This document shows, in pieces, positions 8,788 to 18,255 of a stretch of 64,000 nt of DNA (within the stretch, counting starts at the first letter, position 1; every line of letters begins with the position of its first letter). The notes beneath the pieces are model-generated. The model did no database searches, was not told where the DNA came from, and saw nothing but the letters and a program-made list of their open reading frames with translations. Position numbers and translations under genes: made by a program. Source of the DNA: Parcubacteria group bacterium (GTDB lineage Bacteria; Patescibacteriota; Minisyncoccia; Moranbacterales; UBA9337). Where the stretch lies: positions 57,837 to 121,836 of the forward strand of contig JBAZSW010000005.1 in NCBI GenBank assembly GCA_041662245.1, given 5' to 3'.

Positions 8788-9381
8788 ATGAATATATCAA
8801 AAAATATTGAAGAATTTCGTTATTCGGATAGTTTGCCGGCGGTTGCCACCAAGATGATTTTAATGGCTGTTGCCATGGGTGGGATAGCTGTGGGTGGAGC
8901 AATTATTCCTGGGATAATTAAGGTTTTGGAAGATTTAGAATGGGGAAATAGTGATAATAAAGATTTTAGTAAGAAAGTCAGGAATTCCTTTCATTCGCTT
9001 AAGCGAAGAAAGTTTATTAAAATAATAAGAAATAAAAATGGAAAATTAAAATTGAGACTTACCAAAAGAGGGGAGAAAAAAGTGTTTGAAATTTATATAG
9101 ATAATTTAAGAATAAATCAGCCTCAAAAATGGGATAAAAACTGGCGTGTATTGATTTTTGATATACCGATTGGTTTAAATAGCGCTCGAACGGCTTTACG
9201 CAGAAAGGTTAAGGATTTGGGTTTTTATCAGTTTCAAGGAAGTGTTTGGTTTTATCCTTATCCCTGTAAAGATGAAATTTTGGCAATTGCGGAATTTTTT
9301 AAGGTTAGCGAATATGTAGAGATAATTACGGCGAATAACGTATTGCATGAAAAAGAGCTTAAAAAGCATTTTAAGCTATAA
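8788..9381 (+). CDS. PaaX-family-like putative transcriptional regulator (PaaX_C / Cas2-like fold C-terminal domain) with a hydrophobic N-terminal segment
   Basis: WDKNWRVLIFDIP...ARTALRRKVKDLGFYQFQGSVWFYP matches the PaaX C-domain pattern (W.G.W.lv.F.iP...R..LRr.L..lGF..lq.gvWisP). A wing-like LRLTKRGEKKV lies upstream. Confidence 0.5.
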   Translation: MNISKNIEEFRYSDSLPAVATKMILMAVAMGGIAVGGAIIPGIIKVLEDLEWGNSDNKDFSKKVRNSFHSLKRRKFIKIIRNKNGKLKLRLTKRGEKKVFEIYIDNLRINQPQKWDKNWRVLIFDIPIGLNSARTALRRKVKDLGFYQFQGSVWFYPYPCKDEILAIAEFFKVSEYVEIITANNVLHEKELKKHFKL

Positions 9382-9416
9382 ATTTAAAATAAGAAACTCT
9401 TTCTTGGTTATAAATT

Positions 9417-9459
9417 TGTGTCAATTTTGTCCACGTGCGACTGGATGGACACAATTTTT
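9417..9459. promoter_or_regulatory. 36-bp palindrome-containing repeat (copy 2), upstream of infB
   Basis: Identical to 8652-8687. Followed by aattttt. Confidence 0.6.
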
Positions 9460-9575
9460 GTTTAGCAGGGGATTCTATTTGATGAAGTGTTTTAATAACT
9501 CTTGAAGTTAGGCTATGTATCCTTTACATAAGCATAAACAGGTGTTAAGCTAATAATATTATAAATTAATTTTAT

Positions 9576-11414
9576 TTGGATTCGAACCGCTATGGGGGTG
9601 GTTTCGATTTATATATTATAATCATGACAGAAGAAATAACCGTAGAAAAAAAATCAGTCAAAATTCCTAATCCAGTAACTGTAAAAAAGTTTGCTGATAT
9701 TTTGAATTTGTCTGTTGCGGCCGTGATTACAGAACTGATGAAAAATGGTATTATGGCAACCATTAATGAGGAAATTGATTTTGATACAGCTAGTATTATT
9801 GCTGAGGACTTGGGATTTACAACGGAAGAGGACTTGGAGATTGTCGATGGAGAAGCGATAACTTTAGAAAAATTAACAGATATTTGTAAAAAAGAACAAG
9901 AATCAGATGAAAAATTACCACCTCGAGCTCCAATTGTGACAATTTTAGGGCATGTCGATCATGGAAAAACTACTCTTTTGGATACTATTCGCAAAGGAAA
10001 TGTAGCTGCCGGTGAAGCGGGAGGAATTACCCAGCACATTAGCGCCTATCAAGTAAAGAAAAAGGGAGAAGTAATAACTTTTGTGGATACTCCTGGGCAT
10101 GAAGCTTTTAGTGCTATGCGAGAAAGAGGAGTAAGTATTGCTGATGTAGCAATTTTGGTGGTAGCAGCCGATGATGGAGTACGACCTCAAACTAAAGAAG
10201 TAATAAATTATTTAAAAGAAAAGAAAATTCCGACGATTGTGGCGATAAATAAAATTGACAAACCGGAAGCTAATCCTCAAAGAGTTAAACAAGAATTAGC
10301 TGAGTTGGAAATTGTGATTGAAGAATGGGGTGGCGAGGTAATTGCCAATGAAATTAGCGCCAAAAACAATATTGGAATTAAAGAGTTATTGGAAAGCGTT
10401 TTGTTGGTTTCAGAAGTTTTGGAGTTAAAAGCTAGTCGAAAAAATAATGGGCTAGGTGTGGTTTTGGAATCACATCTTGATCCTAAAAGTGGTCCAATTT
10501 CAACAGTTTTAATCAAAACAGGAATGCTAAAAGTAGGACAAGATATTGTAATCGGGAAAACTTTTGGTCGTATCAAGAGAATGGAAGATTTTACAGGCAA
10601 ACAGATTGAATCAGCGGGACCATCTGAACCGGTAATAATTATGGGTATCAATGGTACTCCTGAAGTGAACGATATTATTCAAGTAGCGGAAAAGGAAACT
10701 GTTTTAAAAATGAAATCCAAAGGAGGATTTGGGTCTTCCGTGGGAAGAAATGTTATTAGAAGCAAAAAGGATCTCTATCAAAATTTAGACAATGATCAAA
10801 TAAAAAGATTAAATGTGATTATTAAAGCTGATGTCCCTGGGTCTTTGGAAGCGATTGATCAAATTCTTTCAGCTATAAAATCGGATGAAGTAATTTTGGA
10901 ATATGTTAATACAGGAGTGGGAAATATTACGGAATCAGATGTAAAGTTGGCTCAAAGTACCGGTGCAATTATTTTTGGTTTTAATATTAATGCTACCACA
11001 GTGGCCAAGAGAATGGCCGAAAAAGCTAATGTTATCATCAAACCTTTTAAAATTATTTATGAGTTGGTAGAAGTAATGAAAAATGATATGGCTGATCTTT
11101 TGCCACCAGAAATCGTGAGAACCGATTTTGGAAGGATGAAAATCTTGGCTATTTTTAAGAATGGAAAAACCGATATGATTGTAGGTGGAAAAGTAATTGA
11201 AGGAAAGATTGTTAAGAAATCATTGCTGGAAGTGATAAGAGAAAAAGAACTGATCGGAACGGGAGTTCTGGAAAATTTACAACAAAATAAAAAACCTACC
11301 GATGAGGTAAAGACTGGTAATGAATGTGGAGTTACTTTTGCCGGAGGAACAAAATTAATGGTGGGTGACGTTTTATTTTCTTATAAAGAAGAAGAGGTGA
11401 AGAGGAAATTGTAA
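9576..11414 (+). CDS. infB: Translation initiation factor IF-2 (short form; the start may be the ATG at 9624)
   Basis: G-domain GHVDHGKTTLLD, DTPGHEAF and NKID, plus IF-2 C-terminal domains. Confidence 0.9.
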   Translation: MDSNRYGGGFDLYIIIMTEEITVEKKSVKIPNPVTVKKFADILNLSVAAVITELMKNGIMATINEEIDFDTASIIAEDLGFTTEEDLEIVDGEAITLEKLTDICKKEQESDEKLPPRAPIVTILGHVDHGKTTLLDTIRKGNVAAGEAGGITQHISAYQVKKKGEVITFVDTPGHEAFSAMRERGVSIADVAILVVAADDGVRPQTKEVINYLKEKKIPTIVAINKIDKPEANPQRVKQELAELEIVIEEWGGEVIANEISAKNNIGIKELLESVLLVSEVLELKASRKNNGLGVVLESHLDPKSGPISTVLIKTGMLKVGQDIVIGKTFGRIKRMEDFTGKQIESAGPSEPVIIMGINGTPEVNDIIQVAEKETVLKMKSKGGFGSSVGRNVIRSKKDLYQNLDNDQIKRLNVIIKADVPGSLEAIDQILSAIKSDEVILEYVNTGVGNITESDVKLAQSTGAIIFGFNINATTVAKRMAEKANVIIKPFKIIYELVEVMKNDMADLLPPEIVRTDFGRMKILAIFKNGKTDMIVGGKVIEGKIVKKSLLEVIREKELIGTGVLENLQQNKKPTDEVKTGNECGVTFAGGTKLMVGDVLFSYKEEEVKRKL

Positions 11415-11521
11415 ATTAGGTAAGTAGTATCTTAGTATAGTAGCTTATTAGTTTTTTTAAAAATATTGTTTATATTTTAATTCTAAAAAACTACAAGCTA
11501 ACATCTAAAAAGCTAAACAAT

Positions 11522-11860
11522 ATGTCTTTTAGAATGCAGAAAGTAAACTCTCTTATCAGAGAGCAAATAGGGGAAATTATTAATCGGGAACTGGACTTAA
11601 AGTCGGGTGTTTTTTTGACTGTGTTTAAAGTTGACACTACTAGTGATTTGAGATACACTAACATATTCATCAGTGTTTTCCCTGAGAAAGAAGGCAAATA
11701 TGTGATGGTAGCGCTGAGGAACGAAAAGAGTAATATTCAAAGAATCCTAAATAAAAAATTGCACATGAAAATACTCCCTAAGTTGGTCTTTAAGCTGGAT
11801 AAGACCGAGGCGCAAGCGGATGAAATAGAAAAAATTCTGCGGGAGATTGGAAGTGAATAA
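11522..11860 (+). CDS. rbfA: Ribosome-binding factor A
   Basis: The ~110-aa sequence is similar to RbfA. The infB-rbfA order is conserved. Confidence 0.8.
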   Translation: MSFRMQKVNSLIREQIGEIINRELDLKSGVFLTVFKVDTTSDLRYTNIFISVFPEKEGKYVMVALRNEKSNIQRILNKKLHMKILPKLVFKLDKTEAQADEIEKILREIGSE

Positions 11861-12041
11861 GGGTGCCAGTTTTTAGAATTTAAATTTAAGAACTTTGAAT
11901 AGCTGATCTTTTCCGGTTGGCTTTTTTTAATCTTAAAATTTAGAACTTATATGTTTTGATATTTTTTAGAAATTGAGGTTGTAGTAAATCAAACATGAAA
12001 TTCCTAAAATTATTAAAATAAATTCAAGGAGATGAATATTT

Positions 12042-12998
12042 ATGAAATTTGAAAAAGAATTTAATACACTTAAATATATAGTGAAAAAATCTGATAAGAT
12101 TTTACTATTTGCGCATAGCCGTCCTGATAGCGATACAATCGGGTCTAATTTGGCGCTTTATTATTATCTTAAAGAAATTGGAAAAGAAGTAACGGTGGCA
12201 TGTTTTGATAAAATGCCCGAATATCTTATGATGTTTGCCCATTATGAATTAAAACATCCCGACGAAATTGATCTACAATCTTATGACTCAGTGATTGCAA
12301 TGGACAGTGTGGAGAGGGGATTTGAGAAAGTGCGAGATAAATTTTTAGATAAGCAGGCGATAGTTTTAGTTGATCACCATCCCGATGTAAAAGATGGAGG
12401 GGATTTAAATATTCTAGACGCAAGTTATTCATCTGTTTCAGAAATAATTTTTGATTTTTTCCAATTTCATAATTTAAAAATTAGTAGTCAAATAGCTACT
12501 TTACTTTTAATGGGAATTTTGGGAGATACGGGAAATTTGCAACATTCTAACACAACGCCTAAAGTGATGCATACAGTGGCTAAATTATTAAATCGAGGGG
12601 CGTCGGTTTCTAAAATTTCCAAAATGATTTTTTCTAATAATAGCTTTGCTACTTTAAAATTATGGGGGAGAGCTTTAGAAAAATCTAAGATAAATCCGGA
12701 TAACAAAATGATTTCAACTGTTATAACCAAAAAGGATTTGGAGGAATGTCGGGCGAGTTATGATGATACGGCTGAGATTGCTTCTATTCTAAATACTGTC
12801 CCCGAGACAAGTTTTTCATTAGTTTTGTCTGAGAGAGACGGTGGGATAATTAAGGGAAGCCTGCGTAGTGAAAAATATAAAGGAGTAGATGTATCAGAAG
12901 TAGCACATCAATTTGGCGGTGGTGGACATAAATTAGCGAGCGGATTTGAAATAAAAGGAAAAATCGTGGAAGATAAGGAAGGATGGAGGATTATATAA
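12042..12998 (+). CDS. nrnA: DHH/DHHA1 family phosphoesterase (NrnA-like oligoribonuclease/pAp phosphatase)
   Basis: LFAHSRPDSDTIGS and DHH motifs plus a C-terminal GGGH (DHHA1). Conserved position after rbfA. Confidence 0.8.
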   Translation: MKFEKEFNTLKYIVKKSDKILLFAHSRPDSDTIGSNLALYYYLKEIGKEVTVACFDKMPEYLMMFAHYELKHPDEIDLQSYDSVIAMDSVERGFEKVRDKFLDKQAIVLVDHHPDVKDGGDLNILDASYSSVSEIIFDFFQFHNLKISSQIATLLLMGILGDTGNLQHSNTTPKVMHTVAKLLNRGASVSKISKMIFSNNSFATLKLWGRALEKSKINPDNKMISTVITKKDLEECRASYDDTAEIASILNTVPETSFSLVLSERDGGIIKGSLRSEKYKGVDVSEVAHQFGGGGHKLASGFEIKGKIVEDKEGWRII

Positions 12999-13154
12999 AA
13001 ATTTTCAATGTCCAATTTTCAATGTTCAATCAATATTTAATGAATTAATGCTTTAATGTTAAAATAGAAATATAAATTTTTTTCAATCTCCTCCTCCCCT
13101 TTGAAGGGGAGAGTAGAGAGGGGTTAGTGCTTTCAAACTTTCTATATAAAAAAA

Positions 13155-13190
13155 GAAACGGAAATGCGACATGTCGCTTTCCGTTTTTGG
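13155..13190. terminator. Bidirectional rho-independent terminator
   Basis: aaacggaaa(t)gcgacatgtcgc tttccgttttt. Confidence 0.7.
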
Positions 13191-13200
13191 GTAAGGGGTT

Positions 13201-13404
13201 TCATGCTGGAAATCCTTTTGTTATGCCGTCTAGTTTTTCTTTGTAGTTTTCCAATATTTTTTTTACGTCTTCGGCGCTCCAGAAATTGCCGCTATTTAGT
13301 AGCGTGATCAATTTGTTTACGAGCAATTGTGTTTTTGCCAATTTTTCCCCATCCGAAATGAAGGGGTTTTTTTGCTGTTGTGTGGATTGTGCTGTTGTAC
13401 TCAT
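13201..13404 (-). CDS. Small hypothetical protein (67 aa)
   Basis: ORF with a start and a terminator hairpin downstream; no motif recognised. Confidence 0.35.
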   Translation of the reverse strand: MSTTAQSTQQQKNPFISDGEKLAKTQLLVNKLITLLNSGNFWSAEDVKKILENYKEKLDGITKGFPA

Positions 13405-13579
13405 TTTTGTTCTCCTCTTGTGTTTTGTTTTTTTGTTTGCATGAAATTAAACCCAAATAATACTACTATATTTTAAGATAATAGTCAATTAAATTATAAT
13501 TAAAAAATAACTTATCAAATCCTGTAACTTAAATCTTCCTTTATTCTATGCTAAAATGATAATATACTAACATACTAAC

Positions 13580-14413
13580 GTGAAGAATATGAAAATAGGT
13601 TGTCATATATCAATTGCAGGAGGGGTTTTTAATGCGCCACAGCGAGCGCATGAGTTGGGTTGCGAAGTAATGCAAATTTTTTCACGTTCTCCCCAAGGAG
13701 GTAAAACTCCTGAACTCACAAATGAAATTTGCGAGAAATTTAAGCTACAAGCTAAAAACTATAAACTACAAGCTACTTACATTCATTCCCCTTATTATAT
13801 TAATTTTGCCTCGGCCGATAATCGAATTCGTTATGGTTCAGTAAATGCTATTAAGGAAGAGCTAGAAAGAGCAAGTCGGCTGGGAGCCAAATATGTGATG
13901 ACACACTTGGGTTCAGCCAAAGATTTGGGAGAAAAAGCGGGGGTAGAAAAAACTATTGAGATGTTAAAAAAAACTTTAGAAAATTATAAAGGTAGCACTG
14001 AGTTACTTTTGGAAAACAGTGCCGGAGCCGGAGCGATAATTGGAGATAATTTAAGTGAGCTAGCTCATATAATAAAAAAAGTTAAAAGTAAAAACATTGC
14101 CGGAATTTGTCTAGATACTCAGCATAGTTTCGCTTCGGGTTATGATTGGAGGGATTTTGATGCTACCATTAAAAAAATAGATAAAGAAATCGGAATAAAA
14201 AATATTAAGTTAATTCATGCTAATGATAGTTTAACTGAATGTGGTTCTAATCGAGATAGGCACGCTCATATCGGACAAGGTTTAATCGGAACCGAGGCCT
14301 TCCAAAAAATTGTCACATTTGCCAAAAAGAATGATATTGATATGATTTTAGAAACTGAACATGATGAAGTGATAGAGGATATAGAAATTTTGAAATCTTT
14401 TCGGGGAAAATAA
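13580..14413 (+). CDS. nfo: Endonuclease IV (AP endonuclease family 2, xylose-isomerase-like TIM barrel)
   Basis: N-terminal MKIGCHISIAGG... and His/Asp/Glu metal ligands spaced as in Nfo. Confidence 0.8.
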   Translation: MKNMKIGCHISIAGGVFNAPQRAHELGCEVMQIFSRSPQGGKTPELTNEICEKFKLQAKNYKLQATYIHSPYYINFASADNRIRYGSVNAIKEELERASRLGAKYVMTHLGSAKDLGEKAGVEKTIEMLKKTLENYKGSTELLLENSAGAGAIIGDNLSELAHIIKKVKSKNIAGICLDTQHSFASGYDWRDFDATIKKIDKEIGIKNIKLIHANDSLTECGSNRDRHAHIGQGLIGTEAFQKIVTFAKKNDIDMILETEHDEVIEDIEILKSFRGK

Positions 14414-14460
14414 TCAAAAATTTCAAATTAAAAACATTAAATGAATTTTCAAATAACAAA

Positions 14461-14991
14461 ATGAAAAATAAAATTGTTATACCAGGCGAAATTATTGAGA
14501 ATAAAATATTTTTAATAAGAGGCAAAAAAGTGATGTTTGATAAGGATTTGGCTGTTCTTTACGGGGTAGAAACAAGGACGTTAAATCAGGCTGTTAGAAG
14601 AAATAAAGATCGTTTTCCGGACGATTTTATGTTTCAGCTGACAAAACTAGAATTTAATATTTGGAAGTCACAAATTGTGATATCCAATAAAGAGAAAATG
14701 GGATTAAGAAAAATTCCGTTAGTTTTTACTGAGCAAGGTGTGGCGATGTTGTCTAGTGTTTTAAAAAGCAAGCGTGCAATTCAAGTGAATATTCAAATAA
14801 TGCGAACATTTACCAAAATAAGAGAAATGATTATTAGTAATAAAGAATTACGTTTAAAAATAGAAGCGATGGAGAGGAAATATGATAATAAATTTCAGGC
14901 AGTTTTTGACGCTATAAAAAGAATTTTGATAACTCAAGTTGAGGAGACTCCAAAAAATAAAAGAAAAATAGGATTCAAGGTAAAAAAATAA
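14461..14991 (+). CDS. ORF6N-domain protein (phage antirepressor-like KilAC family)
   Basis: VMFDKDLAVLYGVETRTLNQAVRRNKDRFPDDFMFQLTKLEF matches the ORF6N signature. Confidence 0.7.
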   Translation: MKNKIVIPGEIIENKIFLIRGKKVMFDKDLAVLYGVETRTLNQAVRRNKDRFPDDFMFQLTKLEFNIWKSQIVISNKEKMGLRKIPLVFTEQGVAMLSSVLKSKRAIQVNIQIMRTFTKIREMIISNKELRLKIEAMERKYDNKFQAVFDAIKRILITQVEETPKNKRKIGFKVKK

Positions 14992-14996
14992 ATTAT

Positions 14997-15518
14997 ATGA
15001 AAATCGCTATCATTTCCGATGTGCACAATAACGAAACAAACTTGAAAAAAGTTTTAAATTATTGCGAGCAAAAGAAAATTAAAAAAATTATTTGTTGCGG
15101 AGATTTGGCTTCGGATGAGACTTTGGATTTTATGACGGATAATTTTGGCGGAGAAATTTTTTATACTTTTGGCAATATGGATAACGAGCAGTTGCGAGAA
15201 TTTCAATTCGTAGATGTTTATAAAAATGTAAATTTGTTCAAAAAATTTGGAGAATTAGAGTTAGATAGTAAAAAAATAGCGTTTGTTCACTATCCGCGAG
15301 AAGCAGAGGGTCTGGCTAGAACCGGTAAATACGATTTTGTTTTTTATGGACACACTCACAAGCCTTGGATTTCTCACCTAGATGCGACAGGAGATCATGG
15401 AAAATGCGTTTTGTTAAATCCCGGTAATGTGGCGGGAGAAATTTATCTGCCTACTTTTGCCACGTGGAACACTAAGGATGATAATTTTGAATTAATTAGA
15501 GTGCATGATTTAAAGTAA
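14997..15518 (+). CDS. Metallophosphoesterase (YfcE/MJ0936 family phosphodiesterase)
   Basis: ISDVHNN, CGDL, GNMD and GHTH motifs. Confidence 0.8.
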   Translation: MKIAIISDVHNNETNLKKVLNYCEQKKIKKIICCGDLASDETLDFMTDNFGGEIFYTFGNMDNEQLREFQFVDVYKNVNLFKKFGELELDSKKIAFVHYPREAEGLARTGKYDFVFYGHTHKPWISHLDATGDHGKCVLLNPGNVAGEIYLPTFATWNTKDDNFELIRVHDLK

Positions 15519-15527
15519 TAAAAAATA
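15486..15527. repeat. 42-bp direct repeat, left copy (3' end of the metallophosphoesterase gene plus spacer)
   Basis: tttgaattaattagagtgcatgatttaaaRtaataaaaaata. The second copy is at 16638-16679 with one mismatch. Confidence 0.85.
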
Positions 15528-16670
15528 ATGACTGATTTAACAAAAGTAAAAGCTTCAATGATATTAGCTTCGGCTAGATTTTGGGTAATAATTGTTGTTT
15601 TATATTTAACGACGAAAAATTTATCGCAAGAACAAATATATCAATCAATCGGATTTTATTATCTCGCCTCTATGATTTTTGAGTACCCCACTGGAGTTAT
15701 TGGTGATTATTTTTCACATAAAATTTCTGTAATTTGGGGATATTTAATCATTGCACTAGCTATGATTCTTTTTGTTGTTTCAACGACATTCTTAAATATT
15801 ACACTTGTTTATGTCATCTATGCGATTGGTGCAGCTCTCATCTCAGGAAGTGATACGGCTCTTCTTCATGCTGTATCTAAAAATTTTAAGAATGACATGT
15901 CTCAAGTGAGGATATATTCAACCCTGATTTCTGCTGGAGCTCTCGGTGTTGGGGGATGGCTAGGGTCGATAGATTTGAGATATCCATTTTATTTTAATGT
16001 TGTTTTCTTTTTGGGAGCTATCATTTTTCTCTTAAGTGTCAAAAGCAAAAATCAAGAAAAAACAACAGGAAATATATTCGCATTGGCTAAACATGGAATT
16101 TCTTATACTTTTTCAGTTAAAGAACTTCTTCATATAGTACTAGTCTCTTCATTGATAAGCTCTTTTTATTTGAATATTAAATGGTTTTACAATCCTTTAT
16201 TTTTGGCATTAGATATAAATTTAAAGTTCTGGGGTGTTTTGGGAGGAATTTCTATCTTATCTATTATGATGGGAACGTACATATATAAGAAAGTTCCAGA
16301 AAAGAGCATATATCTTTATATGTTTTTATTTATCGGTTCTTTAATTCTAATGGGATGTACTAATTTATTGTGGGTTTCTATGGTAGGTTTTTTTGTTGTT
16401 AACTTTATTAGAGGTTTCTTGGAAACTAAAATAGAAGTAGATATTAATAGGGCTATTAAATCAGAGGTAAGAGCTAGTGTATTATCATTTAGAAGTTTTT
16501 TGACTAGATTTGGAACATATATAATCGTTCTTATTTCGGGTTATTTTTTGCAAAGGTATTCTTTTCAAATGCTGATGTTTATCTTGGCTGGAATTATTTT
16601 TGTTGTAAGTTTTTATTCATTGATAGTAATTAGAAAGTTTGAATTAATTAGAGTGCATGATTTAAAATAA
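15528..16670 (+). CDS. MFS-type transporter (about 12 TM helices); its last 9 codons are supplied by the duplicated 3' end of the upstream gene
   Basis: Multiple TM segments. The C-terminal ELIRVHDLK is identical to the C-terminus of the phosphoesterase. Confidence 0.65.
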   Translation: MTDLTKVKASMILASARFWVIIVVLYLTTKNLSQEQIYQSIGFYYLASMIFEYPTGVIGDYFSHKISVIWGYLIIALAMILFVVSTTFLNITLVYVIYAIGAALISGSDTALLHAVSKNFKNDMSQVRIYSTLISAGALGVGGWLGSIDLRYPFYFNVVFFLGAIIFLLSVKSKNQEKTTGNIFALAKHGISYTFSVKELLHIVLVSSLISSFYLNIKWFYNPLFLALDINLKFWGVLGGISILSIMMGTYIYKKVPEKSIYLYMFLFIGSLILMGCTNLLWVSMVGFFVVNFIRGFLETKIEVDINRAIKSEVRASVLSFRSFLTRFGTYIIVLISGYFLQRYSFQMLMFILAGIIFVVSFYSLIVIRKFELIRVHDLK

Positions 16671-16679
16671 TAAAAAATA
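16638..16679. repeat. 42-bp direct repeat, right copy
   Basis: See 15486-15527. Confidence 0.85.
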
Positions 16680-16680
16680 T

Positions 16681-16968
16681 ATGAAACAGTAGTGCGTCTA
16701 TATCTTAGCCAGTCAAACAAAAGTTTTATATATTGGAGTAACTGGAAATTTACCGAGAAGGATTCAGGAGCATAAAAATAAATCAATAGAAGGATTTACA
16801 AAAAAATATAATTGCACAAGCTTGGTATATTTTCAGCAAACAGAAAATGTAATGAGTGCACTGGATAGAGAAAAGCAACTTAAGAAATGGAGAAGAAAGA
16901 AGAAAATAGATTTAATAGAGAAAACTAATCAGAATTGGGATGATCTAAATGAAAATTTGGGCTACTAA
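16681..16968 (+). pseudogene. GIY-YIG nuclease family (UPF0213/YhbQ-like) gene with an in-frame TAG at codon 4 (where family members have Trp)
   Basis: Translation is MKQ*CVYILASQTKVLYIGVTGNLPRRIQEH...KQLKKWRRKKKIDLI. The GIY/YIG and R..EH motifs are present. There is no alternative start downstream of the TAG. Confidence 0.6.
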
Positions 16969-17043
16969 TTTTGAGATCTTTCGACTCCACTATCGTTACG
17001 CTCAAGATGACATGCTTTGATTATTTTGTACCAATATTTGGTC

Positions 17044-17212
17044 TGTCATTCCGACCGAACAAAGCTTTGTACTCAAAGATTTGGAAGTGGAGGAATCTCA
17101 GATGTTGTATAATTAAGAAGTGGAAATAATAGCTTGAGATCTCTGTGCCACCGCTAAAGCTTTAGCGACACGCGGTCCATGCATAAATTTATTTAGTTGA
17201 GATGACATTCTT
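17044..17212 (+). mobile_element. MITE-like repeat element, copy A (TIR tgtcattccgacc.../...gagatgacat)
   Basis: Terminal ~60 bp are shared with 31663-31862 and, in inverse orientation, with 30835-30985. Includes the cgctaaagctttagcg hairpin. Confidence 0.6.
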
Positions 17213-17237
17213 GCGGGATTTAAAATGATATAATTTT

Positions 17238-17819
17238 ATGAATAAAGAAAAAGAATTGGAAAAATTAAATAAGCAAATGCTAGCTTGCACAAAGTGTGCT
17301 CTTCGTAGTGGATGCAAACAGGTAGTACCAGGGGCGGGAAGTGCCAAGGCTGAAATTATGTTTATTGGTGAAGCCCCTGGAAAAAAGGAAGATGAGCTGG
17401 GTGTGCCTTTTGTGGGAGCGGCGGGGAAGTTTTTAGATGAAATGCTGGGGATTATAAAACTAAAAAGAGAAGATGTTTATATCGCTAACACTATCAAATG
17501 CCGGCCACCGGCCAATCGTGATCCATCCCAAGAAGAAAAAGATATTTGCTGGCCATGGTTGGAAAAGCAGATTGCCATTATCAGACCAAAAATTATTGTC
17601 ACGCTTGGTAGGCACTCGATGAATTTATTTTTGCCAGAGCAAAAAATTTCCGAAGTGCATGGACGAGCTTTGCGTCGAAACTTCCCAGGACTAGGCAAGC
17701 AAGTATTTTTCACACTTTATCATCCGGCGGCAGCTCTTTATAATGGAGGAATGCGAGAAACTTTGATAAAAGATTTCAAAAAAATTACCAAAGTTTTGAA
17801 ATTGATAAATAATGATTAA
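17238..17819 (+). CDS. Uracil-DNA glycosylase, family 4
   Basis: CTKCALRSGCKQVVPGAGS..IMFIGEAPG..E...PFVG.AG family-4 UDG motifs. Confidence 0.8.
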   Translation: MNKEKELEKLNKQMLACTKCALRSGCKQVVPGAGSAKAEIMFIGEAPGKKEDELGVPFVGAAGKFLDEMLGIIKLKREDVYIANTIKCRPPANRDPSQEEKDICWPWLEKQIAIIRPKIIVTLGRHSMNLFLPEQKISEVHGRALRRNFPGLGKQVFFTLYHPAAALYNGGMRETLIKDFKKITKVLKLINND

Positions 17820-18255
17820 TTGTTAAGTTGATAATTTACCAGATAGAAAAATTTGATTCTCGACAATTTTTTATTAATTTTTTTGACAGCAAAAAAGTTA
17901 CAAAAAACTGCCACACGTACTACTAAAATAAATAAATCTAACTCTCATCACTAAAACTTTGTGTTCCGCATTCGCTTCATGACAAAGTTTCTTAACGCTC
18001 TTTTCGACCTGCCCGCCAATGCCTAACCAAATGTTACGAATAGTTTTTTTGATGTGCAGAATATATTAAGTCTATGAATTATTAATAGATAAGGCTTTGG
18101 CAGGCGGGGCTGATTTATTTTATTTTATCCGTAAAGTGTGGACGTGTATATGATTTGTATTTAAGGGGTATTTGAACTTAAAATAAAAAGTCACTAATTC
18201 CGTTTAGACGAAATTAGCGACTATGCCTGTTTTATAGGATGTTTTTGATTTTTTG

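Noticed and set aside
8652-9459. Possibility that the two 36-bp palindromic repeats are a minimal CRISPR array next to a Cas2-like gene
   Set aside because: There are only two repeats, separated by a 730-bp protein-coding gene rather than a 30-40-bp spacer. The protein matches PaaX_C better than Cas2. No other cas genes are present.
9560-9625. tRNA-like T-arm motif (ggattcgaaccgc / its reverse complement gcggttcgaatcc) just upstream of, or inside, the 5' end of infB
   Set aside because: The flanking sequence cannot form a T-stem, acceptor stem or anticodon arm, so no cloverleaf is possible. It is most likely chance or a decayed remnant.
17820-18255. GC-richer 435-bp intergenic region as a possible ncRNA (tmRNA, RNase P or SRP RNA)
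   Set aside because: None of the conserved signature blocks could be found by eye: no tmRNA tag-ORF ending ...AA*, no RNase P CR-I/CR-IV/CR-V, no SRP domain IV GGAA-tetraloop context. It is left unassigned; a covariance-model scan would be needed.
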